Positions 56,222-64,000 of a DNA stretch of 64,000 nt are shown here, in pieces (the stretch's first letter is position 1; the number at the start of each line of letters is the position of its first letter). This stretch comes from Leifsonia sp. SCN 70-46 (lineage in GTDB: Bacteria > Actinomycetota > Actinomycetes > Actinomycetales > Microbacteriaceae). The stretch covers positions 621,559-685,558 of the forward strand of contig MEFY01000002.1 in the NCBI GenBank assembly GCA_001725325.1, in the 5' to 3' direction. Position numbers and translations under genes: made by a program. Under the pieces are notes generated by a model. The model was not told the DNA's origin and ran no database searches. It saw only the letters and a program-made list of their open reading frames with translations.

Positions 56222-56549
56222 TTATTCACCCCTGACACGATCGGTGGTCTGGGCGTTAATACTGGCACAGGCGGATGATCGGCGAACCATGGGTTGTCTC
56301 GCTCAAGAATCTGTTCTTTAAAGGGACAACATTCTTAACCGTTGTGCGAAGTGTGAGTAACTCCGTCGAGGCCGCTCAACGACTGGGAACTACAACGGTG
56401 TGAGATGTGTGCGAGCCGTCGCAAAAGGTGTGGTTGTCGTGGGCCGGCCTAGGTGAACGGAATTCGAATTCCACAGGAACGAATTTCCCATCAACAGGAT
56501 GACCGGTGTGTCGCGCCAGTTATCCACAAGTTGTGCACACCGTGTGGAA
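56222..56549. other. dnaA-dnaN intergenic region: candidate oriC with DnaA boxes and an AT-rich tract
   Basis: A perfect TTATCCACA lies at 56520-56528. TTGTGCACA is at 56531-56539, AATTCCACA at 56467-56475 and TGTGGAATT at 56543-56551. An AT-rich tract spans 56305-56338, and local GC is visibly lower. Confidence 0.7.
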
Positions 56550-57959
56550 TTAGGACTTGTAACGGTGGTTCTGCTTGATGCGGCTCGTGAGCTCGGTCAC
56601 CTGGTTGTAGATCGACCGCCGCTCCTTCATGAGCTCGGTGATCTTCTTGTTCGCGTACATCACGGTGGTGTGGTCGCGGTTGCCGAAGAGCTGGCCGATC
56701 TTGGGCAGCGACAGGTTGGTCATCTCTCGGCAGAGGTACATCGCGATCTGCCGGGCGGTGGCGACGGCCTGCGAGCGGGACGACCCGTAGAGGTCGTCGA
56801 CCGTGAGCTTGAAGTACTCCGCGGTGTGGTTGATGATGTCGACCGGCGCGATGACGTTGTCGTCGTCGAGCGTGATGAGGTCTTTGAGCACCGTCTGCAC
56901 GAGTGCCAGGTCGACTGTCGTCTTGTTGAGGCTCGCGAAGGCGGTGACGCGGATGAGCGTGCCCTCGAGCTCCCGGATGTTCGACGACACCTTCGTCGCC
57001 ATGTACTCGAGGATGTCGTTGCCGATCTGGAGCTTCTCGCTCTGCGCCTTCTTGCGGAGGATGGCGATGCGGGTCTCGAGGTCGGGCGCCTGCACGTCGG
57101 TGATGAGGCCCCACTCGAAGCGCGACCGCATCCTGTCTTCGAAGCCCGTGAGGTGCTTGGGCGGCACGTCGCTCGTGATGACCACCTGCTTGTTGTGGTC
57201 GTGCAGCGTGTTGAAGGTGTGGAAGAACGCCTCCTGCGTCGAGTCCTTGCCCTGGAGGAACTGGATGTCGTCGATGAGCAGGATGTCGATCTCGCGGTAG
57301 CGCGACTGGAACACCGACGCGCGGTTGTTGGCGATCGAGTTGATGAAGTCGTTGGTGAACTCCTCGGAGCTCACGTACCTCACGCGGATGCCCGGGTAGA
57401 GGCTCTCGGCGTAGTGGCCGATGGCGTGCAGGAGGTGGGTCTTGCCGAGCCCTGACTCGCCGTAGATGAAGAGCGGGTTGTACGCCTTGGCGGGAGCCTC
57501 GGCCACCGCGACGGCCGCGGCGTGCGCGAAGCGGTTGGACCCGCCGATGACGAAGTTGTCGAAGCTGTACTTGGGGTTGAGGCGGGAGTCGGATCGGCGG
57601 CCCTGGCCCTCGGGCGCGACGACCGTCGGCTCGATGTAGGACTGGGGCTCGACGGGATCGGCCGGCTGCTCGAGCACGTCGTGCTGGATCTCGGGGTTCA
57701 CGACTATCGCGAAGTTGGAGACCTCCTCCTCCTCGCTCAGGCCGGCGATGGCGTTGAGGAGCGGAAGGCGGATGCGTTGCTCGAGCATTCCGCGGGTGAG
57801 CTCGTTGGGCACCTCGAGGTAGAGGGTTCCGGCCATGATGCCCTTGGGCTCGACCAGGTTGATGAAGCCGAGGAGCTGCGGGGTGATGCGCTCGTCCGCG
57901 GTCAGGCGCGACAGCACTGACTGCCAAATGCCTTTCGTCGCGTCAGGCATCTCCGACAT
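56550..57959 (-). CDS. dnaA: Chromosomal replication initiator DnaA
   Basis: 469 aa from ATG 57959, preceded by GAGGAAG. It starts MSEMPDATKGIWQSVL, has Walker A GESGLGKTHLL and a C-terminal DNA-binding domain. The 17-codon extension in the track runs through DnaA boxes. Confidence 0.97.
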   Translation of the reverse strand: MSEMPDATKGIWQSVLSRLTADERITPQLLGFINLVEPKGIMAGTLYLEVPNELTRGMLEQRIRLPLLNAIAGLSEEEEVSNFAIVVNPEIQHDVLEQPADPVEPQSYIEPTVVAPEGQGRRSDSRLNPKYSFDNFVIGGSNRFAHAAAVAVAEAPAKAYNPLFIYGESGLGKTHLLHAIGHYAESLYPGIRVRYVSSEEFTNDFINSIANNRASVFQSRYREIDILLIDDIQFLQGKDSTQEAFFHTFNTLHDHNKQVVITSDVPPKHLTGFEDRMRSRFEWGLITDVQAPDLETRIAILRKKAQSEKLQIGNDILEYMATKVSSNIRELEGTLIRVTAFASLNKTTVDLALVQTVLKDLITLDDDNVIAPVDIINHTAEYFKLTVDDLYGSSRSQAVATARQIAMYLCREMTNLSLPKIGQLFGNRDHTTVMYANKKITELMKERRSIYNQVTELTSRIKQNHRYKS

Positions 57960-58235
57960 CGATCCACTTCCTCTTTTACACTCAGGTTCCACAGGGTTAT
58001 CCACGGCCAATGCGCGGATGAGACGACCGTCTGCCCCCTGAAACGGCTGGGATTCACCTTAGTTGTCCACAGGGTGTCGTTACCAACCCCAGTTGTCCAC
58101 GTGTGGATAATGCGACTCGGCGGCCCCAAAGTTTGACCGCATGGGTTTAACGCCGTACTTTTAATCAGTTGACTTCCAGCCTTCGGGCTGTTCCCTTCCT
58201 TCCGGCCTTCAGGGCTGGGCTTTGGAGATACCGCT
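57960..58235. promoter_or_regulatory. rpmH-dnaA intergenic region: dense DnaA-box cluster (dnaA promoter and/or part of the origin)
   Basis: TTGTCCACA lies at 58063-58071. TTGTCCACG at 58093-58101 abuts an inverted TGTGGATAA at 58102-58110. TTATCCACG is at 57997-58005 and GTTCCACA at 57986-57993. Confidence 0.7.
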
Positions 58236-58373
58236 ATGAGCAAGAGAACCTTCCAGCCGAACAACCGTCGTCGCGCCAAGGTGCACGGCTTCCGCCTTCG
58301 CATGCGCACCCGCGCCGGCCGTGCCATCCTGGCCGCCCGCCGCCGCAAGGGTCGCACCGAACTCTCCGCGTAG
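58236..58373 (+). CDS. rpmH: 50S ribosomal protein L34
   Basis: 45 aa, [45 protein letters not shown]. It is not in the ORF track because it is short. A GGAGA ribosome-binding site lies upstream. Confidence 0.95.
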   Translation: MSKRTFQPNNRRRAKVHGFRLRMRTRAGRAILAARRRKGRTELSA

Positions 58374-58383
58374 TAACCCCCGC

Positions 58384-58722
58384 GTGCTCGCCAGGGCGAA
58401 CCGGGTGACCCAGCCCGCCGACTTCCGCACAGCGGTGCGTCGTGGGCGTCGGGTCGGTACGTCCGCCGCGGTGCTCCACGTGCTCGAACGGCCCGGCTCT
58501 GAGCCGAGCCGTTTTGGCTTTATCGTGGCGAAATCCGTCGGCGGGGCGGTCACGCGCAACCTCGTGAAGCGCCGACTGCGATCGGTCAGCCGCGAGGTCC
58601 TCCCTAGCATGCCCACCGGCCGCGACGTCGTCATGCGCGCACTGCCAGGTTCGGAGCAGGTGCCGTGGGCTACCCTGCACGCGGAGATCGCCGAAGGGCT
58701 CGGCAGGAGGGCGGACGCGTGA
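58384..58722 (+). CDS. rnpA: Ribonuclease P protein component
   Basis: 112 aa starting from GTG, with FGFIVAKSVGGAVTRNLVKRRLR (the RNR motif region). Confidence 0.9.
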   Translation: MLARANRVTQPADFRTAVRRGRRVGTSAAVLHVLERPGSEPSRFGFIVAKSVGGAVTRNLVKRRLRSVSREVLPSMPTGRDVVMRALPGSEQVPWATLHAEIAEGLGRRADA

Positions 58723-59042
58723 ACCCGGCAGCCACCTTCGTCCTGCTCGTCCCGCGCAACGTGTGCGTCGGCATCCTCAAGGCCTACCGCGCAGTGATCT
58801 CGCCCCTCTACGGCGACGTCTGCCGCTACTACCCGTCGTGCTCCCACTACACGATGCAGGCCATCCAGCAGCACGGCGTCGTGCGCGGGGTCTGGCTCGG
58901 CACCCGCCGGATCGCGCGGTGCCACCCCTGGGCGGAGGGCGGCGTCGACGACGTGCCCGAGCGCCGCCACGACAAGTACTCGATCACGCGCTTCGGCTTC
59001 GTGGTTGCCAACCCCCAGCACGCAAGCCACGGAAAGGGCTGA
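58719..59042 (+). CDS. yidD: Membrane protein insertion efficiency factor YidD
   Basis: 107 aa starting from a GTG that overlaps the rnpA stop (GTGA). It contains YRAVISPLYGDVCRYYPSCSHYTMQAIQQHG. Confidence 0.9.
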   Translation: MNPAATFVLLVPRNVCVGILKAYRAVISPLYGDVCRYYPSCSHYTMQAIQQHGVVRGVWLGTRRIARCHPWAEGGVDDVPERRHDKYSITRFGFVVANPQHASHGKG

Positions 59043-59050
59043 CCCGCATC

Positions 59051-60031
59051 ATGGACTTCCTCGGAACTATCCTCTGGCCAATCAAGTGGGTGATCGAGGC
59101 GATCCTCGTCGCCTTCCACTGGTTCTGGACGAACATCGTCGGTCTCGACGCGGGCGCCGGCATCACGTGGGTGCTGTCGATCGTGGGCCTCGTGCTCGTG
59201 GTCCGGGCCGCCCTCATCCCGATCTTCGTGCGCCAGATCAAGAGCCAGCGCCGCATGCTCGAGGTGGCGCCGCAGCTCAAGAAGATCCAGGACAAGTACC
59301 GCGGCAAGAAGGACCAGTTCTCCCGCGAGGCCATGTCGCGCGAGACGATGGAGATGTACAAGAAGACGGGCACCAACCCGTTGAGCTCGTGCCTGCCGCT
59401 GCTCATCCAGATGCCGATCTTCTTCAGCCTCTTCTCCGTGCTGCAGGAGGCCAACCAGGGCAAGCAGGGTGTCGGATTCCTCTCGCAGGAACTGTCGACC
59501 AACTTCGGCAAGGCGTCGCTGTTCGGCATCGCCCCCCTGCACGACAGCATCCAGAGTGCCGCCGCCGCCAACCCCGTGGAGACCACGGTCATCGTCATCG
59601 CCGTCGTGATGGTCGTCGTCATGACCGCGTCGCAGTTCATCACGCAGCTGCAGATCATGTCGCGCAACCAGTCGGCCGAGATGAAGGCCAGCCCGATGTA
59701 CCGGCAGCAGCGCATCCTGCTGTACATCCTCCCGCTGGTCTTCGCCTTCTCCGGCTTCGCCTTCCCCATCGGCGTGATGTTCTACTGGCTCACCTCCAAC
59801 ATCTGGACGATGGTCCAGCAGTTCCTCGTCATCCGGAACATGCCCACCCCCGGCAGCGAGGCCGCGCTCGCGCGCGAGGCCCGTCTCGCCAAGCGCGCGC
59901 AGCGCAAGGGGATCGTGCAGGAGACCCCCGAGGGCGACACCCTCGTCGTCGAAGAGCCCCAGAAGCCCCAGCGCCAGCAGCCGGTCGGCAAGAACCGTGC
60001 CAAGAAGAAGAGTGGAAGCAACAAGCGATGA
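59051..60031 (+). CDS. yidC: Membrane protein insertase YidC
   Basis: 326 aa with NPLSSCLPLLIQMPIFFSLF, multiple TM segments and a basic C-terminal tail. Confidence 0.95.
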   Translation: MDFLGTILWPIKWVIEAILVAFHWFWTNIVGLDAGAGITWVLSIVGLVLVVRAALIPIFVRQIKSQRRMLEVAPQLKKIQDKYRGKKDQFSREAMSRETMEMYKKTGTNPLSSCLPLLIQMPIFFSLFSVLQEANQGKQGVGFLSQELSTNFGKASLFGIAPLHDSIQSAAAANPVETTVIVIAVVMVVVMTASQFITQLQIMSRNQSAEMKASPMYRQQRILLYILPLVFAFSGFAFPIGVMFYWLTSNIWTMVQQFLVIRNMPTPGSEAALAREARLAKRAQRKGIVQETPEGDTLVVEEPQKPQRQQPVGKNRAKKKSGSNKR

Positions 60032-60552
60032 GCGACCTGACCGAGACCCCCGTCGACGTGGACGTCGAGACCGAGGCCGCCGAGGCCCCTACCGCGAGCC
60101 AGCTCGAGGATGAGGGCGACATCGCCGCCGACTACATCGAGGAGCTCCTCGACATCATGGACCTCGACGGTGACATCGAGATCGACGCCCGTGGTGGTCG
60201 CGCCTACCTCTCCGTGACGGCGTCGGATGACGCGAGCCTGCGTGTGCTCTCGCGCCCGGAGACCGTGACCGCGCTCCAGGAGCTCACGCGTATCGCCGTG
60301 CAGACGAAGACAGGCTCGTTCTCCCGCCTCATCCTCGACGTGGGTGGATCGCGCGAGGCCCGCGAGAACGAGCTCGGCGTCCTCGTCGGCAAGGCCGTCG
60401 AGCGTATCGAGGCCGGCGCGGAGTCAGCGGCCCTGCCGCCCATGTCCTCCTACGAGCGCAAGCTCGTGCACGACATCGTGGCCGCGCGTGGCTTCTCCTC
60501 GGAGTCCGAGGGCGAGGGTCGCGACCGGCACACGGTGATCCGTCGCGCATAG
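60028..60552 (+). CDS. jag: Jag/KhpB-like R3H-domain RNA-binding protein
   Basis: 174 aa with an acidic N-terminus, a KH-like region and the R3H context SYERKLVHDIVA. The ATG overlaps the yidC stop. Confidence 0.9.
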   Translation: MSDLTETPVDVDVETEAAEAPTASQLEDEGDIAADYIEELLDIMDLDGDIEIDARGGRAYLSVTASDDASLRVLSRPETVTALQELTRIAVQTKTGSFSRLILDVGGSREARENELGVLVGKAVERIEAGAESAALPPMSSYERKLVHDIVAARGFSSESEGEGRDRHTVIRRA

Positions 60553-60566
60553 TTTCACGTGAAACA
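60551..60566. promoter_or_regulatory. parS centromere-like site
   Basis: AGTTTCACGTGAAACA matches the canonical TGTTTCACGTGAAACA at 15 of 16 positions, and the central 14-bp palindrome is perfect. Confidence 0.85.
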
Positions 60567-60578
60567 TTGAGCGACGCC

Positions 60579-61202
60579 ATGCCGGCTCTCGAGCCAGAAC
60601 CCGCTGCTGCGGCGGTGCTGTTCGGCGACCGCATCGAGCAGGCGCGCGCCTTCACGGAGCACCTCGCCCGCTGGGGCGAGGAGCTCGGCCTCATCGGTCC
60701 GCTCGAGCCGCCGCGGCTGTGGTCGCGCCACGTGATCAACAGCGTGCTCGTCGCGCCGCTGCTGCGACCGGGACGCGTCGGCGATGTGGGGAGCGGCGCC
60801 GGGCTCCCCGGCCTCGTGCTCGCGATCGCGCGCCCCGACGTTGACCTCGTCCTCATCGAGCCCATGGAGCGGCGGGTCGACTGGCTCTCGGCTGAGGCCG
60901 AGCGCCTCGGCCTGGAGAACGTCACCGTGCTCCGTGCCCGCGCCGAGGAGGCGCCGCAGGAGACGCTCGACCAGGTCACCGCCCGCGCCGTCACCGCGCT
61001 CTCCAAGCTCATCCCGATCACCGCCCCGCTGCTGCGCCCGGGCGGGGAGATGATCTTCATGAAGGGCGAGCGGGTCGGCGAGGAGATCGCCGCCGCGCAG
61101 AAGGTCATCCGCAAGCACCGCCTCTCCTCCCCAGAGGTGATCGTCCTCGGTGAGGGGATCGCCCCGGAATCGACCCGGGTGTTTCGGGCTACACTCGACT
61201 GA
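60579..61202 (+). CDS. rsmG: 16S rRNA (guanine527-N7)-methyltransferase RsmG (GidB)
   Basis: It has the SAM motif DVGSGAGLPGLVLAI. TTG 60567 is an alternative start and would begin directly after the parS site. Confidence 0.9.
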   Translation: MPALEPEPAAAAVLFGDRIEQARAFTEHLARWGEELGLIGPLEPPRLWSRHVINSVLVAPLLRPGRVGDVGSGAGLPGLVLAIARPDVDLVLIEPMERRVDWLSAEAERLGLENVTVLRARAEEAPQETLDQVTARAVTALSKLIPITAPLLRPGGEMIFMKGERVGEEIAAAQKVIRKHRLSSPEVIVLGEGIAPESTRVFRATLD

Positions 61203-61247
61203 CCACAGATCGACCCCGCGGGCCTCCGACAGCCCGAGCCATCAGAA

Positions 61248-61263
61248 GGTTTCACGTGAAACA
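61248..61263. promoter_or_regulatory. parS centromere-like site overlapping the parA start codon
   Basis: GGTTTCACGTGAAACA, with a perfect central 14-bp palindrome. The parA GTG at 61256-61258 is the central GTG of the site. Confidence 0.85.
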
Positions 61264-62173
61264 TCCAGAAGGCGATCTCGACGTTTCCCCTACGAACTTC
61301 GACGATTCGACTCCCCTTGCCCGCGAGCTCGCGGAGATCACGCGTCGCCGCCAGACGATCGCGGCCGACCAGCTCCCCCTCCCCTCGGCCACCCGGGTCT
61401 TCACCGTCGCCAACCAGAAGGGCGGCGTCGGCAAGACGACCACGACCGTGAACCTCGCGGCCGCGCTCGCCCGCTCGGGCGCCAAGGTGCTCGTCATCGA
61501 CCTCGACCCGCAGGGCAACGCGTCGACCGCGCTCGGTGTCGAGCACCGGTCGGAGACCGTGAGCGTCTACGACGTCATCATCAACGACGAGCCCATGATG
61601 GGCGTCGTGCAGGCCAGCCCGGAGTTCGAAGGGCTGTACTGCCTTCCGGCGACCATCCACCTCGCCGGCGCCGAGATCGAGCTCGTCTCGCTCGTGGCGC
61701 GTGAGCAGCGCCTTCGCACGGCGCTCGAGCAGTACCTCGCGCAGAGCGAGGAGATGTTCCACTACGTCTTCATCGACTGCCCGCCCTCGCTCGGACTCCT
61801 CACGATCAACGCCTTCGTCGCGGCACGCGAGGTGCTCATCCCCATCCAGTGCGAGTACTACGCCCTCGAGGGACTGAGCCAGCTGCTGAACAACATCCAG
61901 CTGATCGAGCGCCACCTCAACCCGCGCCTGACGGTTTCCACGATCCTGCTCACGATGTACGACTCCCGCACGAACCTGGCCAACCAGGTCGTGCAGGACG
62001 TGCGCGAGCACTTCCCCAAGGAGGTGCTCTCCACGGTCATCCCCCGCTCGGTCCGCATCTCCGAGGCGCCGAGCTACGGGCAGAGCGTCATCAGCTACGA
62101 CGGCAACTCACCGGGCTCCCTCTCGTACCTCGAGGCGGCGTCGGAGATCGCACATCGAGGAGCGCCGCAGTAA
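61256..62173 (+). CDS. parA: Chromosome partitioning ATPase ParA (Soj)
   Basis: 305 aa with the deviant Walker A NQKGGVGKTTTTVNLA. No other in-frame ATG, GTG or TTG lies between 61256 and the Walker box. Confidence 0.93.
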   Translation: MKHPEGDLDVSPTNFDDSTPLARELAEITRRRQTIAADQLPLPSATRVFTVANQKGGVGKTTTTVNLAAALARSGAKVLVIDLDPQGNASTALGVEHRSETVSVYDVIINDEPMMGVVQASPEFEGLYCLPATIHLAGAEIELVSLVAREQRLRTALEQYLAQSEEMFHYVFIDCPPSLGLLTINAFVAAREVLIPIQCEYYALEGLSQLLNNIQLIERHLNPRLTVSTILLTMYDSRTNLANQVVQDVREHFPKEVLSTVIPRSVRISEAPSYGQSVISYDGNSPGSLSYLEAASEIAHRGAPQ

Positions 62174-63135
62174 TGGCAGCACCCAAGCGCACAGGTCTGG
62201 GCCGGGGCATCGGCGCCCTCATCCCTTCGGGCGACGACAACGCCGAACGTCCCGTCGACGTCTTCTTCCCCGCGGGCACCGCCGCAGACACGGATGCCGG
62301 CTCGCGCCTGGTGGCCGTGCCCGGCGCTCGGCTGGCCAGCCTCTCGCCCTCGGACATCGTGCCGAACGCGAAGCAGCCCCGCACGGAGTTCCGCCAGGAG
62401 GAGCTCGACGAGCTCATCGTCTCCATCCGTGAGATCGGCGTGCTGCAGCCCATCGTCGTGCGCCCCCTCGAGGGCGCCCAGCCGGGCGGGCCCCAGTACG
62501 AGCTCATCATGGGCGAGCGCCGCCTCCGTGCGACGAAGCACCTCGGCCTGCCGACGATCCCCGCGGTGGTCAGGAGCACGGCTGACGAGGACATGCTGCG
62601 CGACGCGCTCCTCGAGAACCTGCACCGGGCGAACCTCAACCCGCTCGAAGAGGCGTCCGCCTACCAGCAGCTGCTCGCCGACTTCGGGATCACGCAGGAG
62701 CAGCTCGCCGGCCGCATCGGCCGCTCGCGCCCCCAGATCACGAACACCCTCCGACTGCTCAAGCTCCCCGCCACCGTGCAGAAGCGCGTCGCGGCGGGCG
62801 TGTTGAGCGCGGGCCATGCGCGGGCCATCCTCTCGGTGGGCGACGTGTCGGCCATGGAGCGCCTCGCGGACAAGATCGTCAACGAGGAGCTCTCCGTGCG
62901 TGCCGCGGAGGCCGCCGCCGGGCAGGCGCCCAAGGCGGCTCCCCAGGCCAAGCCGGCCGCGGGCAAGCGCCAGGGGCAGCTCGACGAGATCGCGGAGCAG
63001 CTGGGCGACCGGCTCAACACGCGCGTCAAGGTGTCGCTCGGCGCGAGCAAGGGCCAGATCGTCATCGACTTCGCGACGGTGGCCGACCTCAACCGCATCC
63101 TCGCGGAGCTCGGACAGCAGGGCTTCACCCGCTAG
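62173..63135 (+). CDS. parB: Chromosome partitioning protein ParB (Spo0J)
   Basis: 320 aa with GLGRGIGALI, the GERRLRA box and the helix-turn-helix QEQLAGRIGRSRPQITNTLRLL. The ATG overlaps the parA stop by 1 nt. Confidence 0.95.
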   Translation: MAAPKRTGLGRGIGALIPSGDDNAERPVDVFFPAGTAADTDAGSRLVAVPGARLASLSPSDIVPNAKQPRTEFRQEELDELIVSIREIGVLQPIVVRPLEGAQPGGPQYELIMGERRLRATKHLGLPTIPAVVRSTADEDMLRDALLENLHRANLNPLEEASAYQQLLADFGITQEQLAGRIGRSRPQITNTLRLLKLPATVQKRVAAGVLSAGHARAILSVGDVSAMERLADKIVNEELSVRAAEAAAGQAPKAAPQAKPAAGKRQGQLDEIAEQLGDRLNTRVKVSLGASKGQIVIDFATVADLNRILAELGQQGFTR

Positions 63136-63163
63136 AGGCAGGCGGAGGCTCCGCGGTGAGGTG

Positions 63164-64000
63164 CTAGCGCGCCTCGGCGATCGCGGCCTCGGCCAGTGCC
63201 GCGTAGACCCAGCCCAGGTCGTGGCCCGCCGCCTCGAGCGCCTGGGGGAGGATCGACGTCTCCGTGAGCCCGGGCAGCACGTTGGCCTCGAGGAACCAGG
63301 GGGTCCCGGCGCCGTCGACGATGAGGTCGACGCGAGACAGGTGGCGCAGGCCGAGCGCGCGGTGTGCGGCGAGGGCGGTCTCGGCGGCACGGGCCGCGAC
63401 ATCCTCGGCGATACGTGCGGGGACGTAGAAGCGCGTCTCGCCCGCGTTGTAGCGCGCCTCGAAGCTGTAGACGCCCGACAGGGGCTCGATCTCCACGGCA
63501 GGCAGGGCTACAGGCCCCTCGCCGTTGTCGATGATGCCGATGGCGATCTCGGTGCCGGTGATCTTCTGCTCGATGAGCGCGACATCCCAGTAGGTGTAGG
63601 CGTCGACCATGGCGCGGGGGAGCAGCGAGCGGTCGTCGACCATCGTCACGCCCTGCGCGGAGCCGCCCTGGGCGGGCTTGACGACGAGCGGCCCGGCGAA
63701 CTCATCCGAGATTTCCTCGAGGATGCTGTTGGCGCCCAGCTCGCGGAACGCATCGCGGGGGAGGGCGATCGACGACGGGGTCTTCACACCGGCCCGGGAG
63801 ACGATGGTCTTCGCGGTCGGCTTGTCCCACGCGAGCCGGGACGCGTCGGCCCGGGAGCCCACGTACGGAACGCCGATGAAGTCCAGGAGCCCGCGCAGGG
63901 CGCCGTCCTCGCCGCTCGCACCGTGAAGGGCTGGCCAGACCACGTCGGGACGGCTCTCGCGCAGGTAGGAGAGCAGGGAGCCGTCGGGATCCCGCAGCTC
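63164..64000 (-). CDS. ddl: D-alanine--D-alanine ligase; the N-terminus lies outside the window
   Basis: It has ATP-grasp motifs (VVKPAQGGSAQGV, FLEANVLPGLTETS). The frame stays open to the window edge. Confidence 0.9.
   Translation of the reverse strand, partial: ELRDPDGSLLSYLRESRPDVVWPALHGASGEDGALRGLLDFIGVPYVGSRADASRLAWDKPTAKTIVSRAGVKTPSSIALPRDAFRELGANSILEEISDEFAGPLVVKPAQGGSAQGVTMVDDRSLLPRAMVDAYTYWDVALIEQKITGTEIAIGIIDNGEGPVALPAVEIEPLSGVYSFEARYNAGETRFYVPARIAEDVAARAAETALAAHRALGLRHLSRVDLIVDGAGTPWFLEANVLPGLTETSILPQALEAAGHDLGWVYAALAEAAIAEAR

Noticed and set aside
57960-58010. A 17-codon N-terminal extension of dnaA (MAVDNPVEPECKRGSGS)
   Set aside because: The extension is encoded by the DnaA-box region itself (GTGGATAACCCTGTGGAAC). 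A GAGGAAG ribosome-binding site sits in front of the ATG at 57959, which gives the typical DnaA N-terminus.

Overview
This is a very GC-rich chromosomal window (about 70% GC by eye, not computed) from an actinobacterium. The gene content and order look like Micrococcales/Microbacteriaceae. It spans the replication origin in reverse orientation. On the minus strand are dnaA, dnaN, gnd, recF, dciA-like, gyrB, gyrA, DUF3566, tRNA-Ile and tRNA-Ala. On the plus strand, to the right, are rpmH, rnpA, yidD, yidC, jag, rsmG, parA and parB, followed by a partial ddl. Further left lies the conserved actinobacterial cell-division block (fhaA, fhaB, pstP, rodA, pbpA, pknA, pknB, trpG, class E sortase, crgA, rhomboid, ppiA). 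Left of that is a more accessory stretch:
- an srsABC-like type III PKS operon next to tRNA-Leu
- an OhrR-type regulator with a BASS transporter
- nucS
- a LacI regulator with two tandem MFS paralogs
- pepO and a beta-lactamase-fold hydrolase
- an LAxTG surface protein
- an MFS plus GH3 beta-glucosidase pair

The left end holds an almost gap-free eight-gene heme operon for the coproporphyrin-dependent pathway. It contains an embedded MfpA/Qnr-like pentapeptide-repeat gene, and hemA lies divergent from it.

No CRISPR array, rRNA, transposase, integrase or recognisable defence system was seen. The most interesting items are:
- the pentapeptide-repeat gene inside the heme operon
- DnaA boxes outside the origin
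- three parS sites, one overlapping the parA start codon
- tRNA-Ala 3' end repeats that look like an integration scar
- several divergent gene pairs with spacers so short that both transcripts are probably leaderless

All family assignments come from reading motifs by eye. No database search was run.
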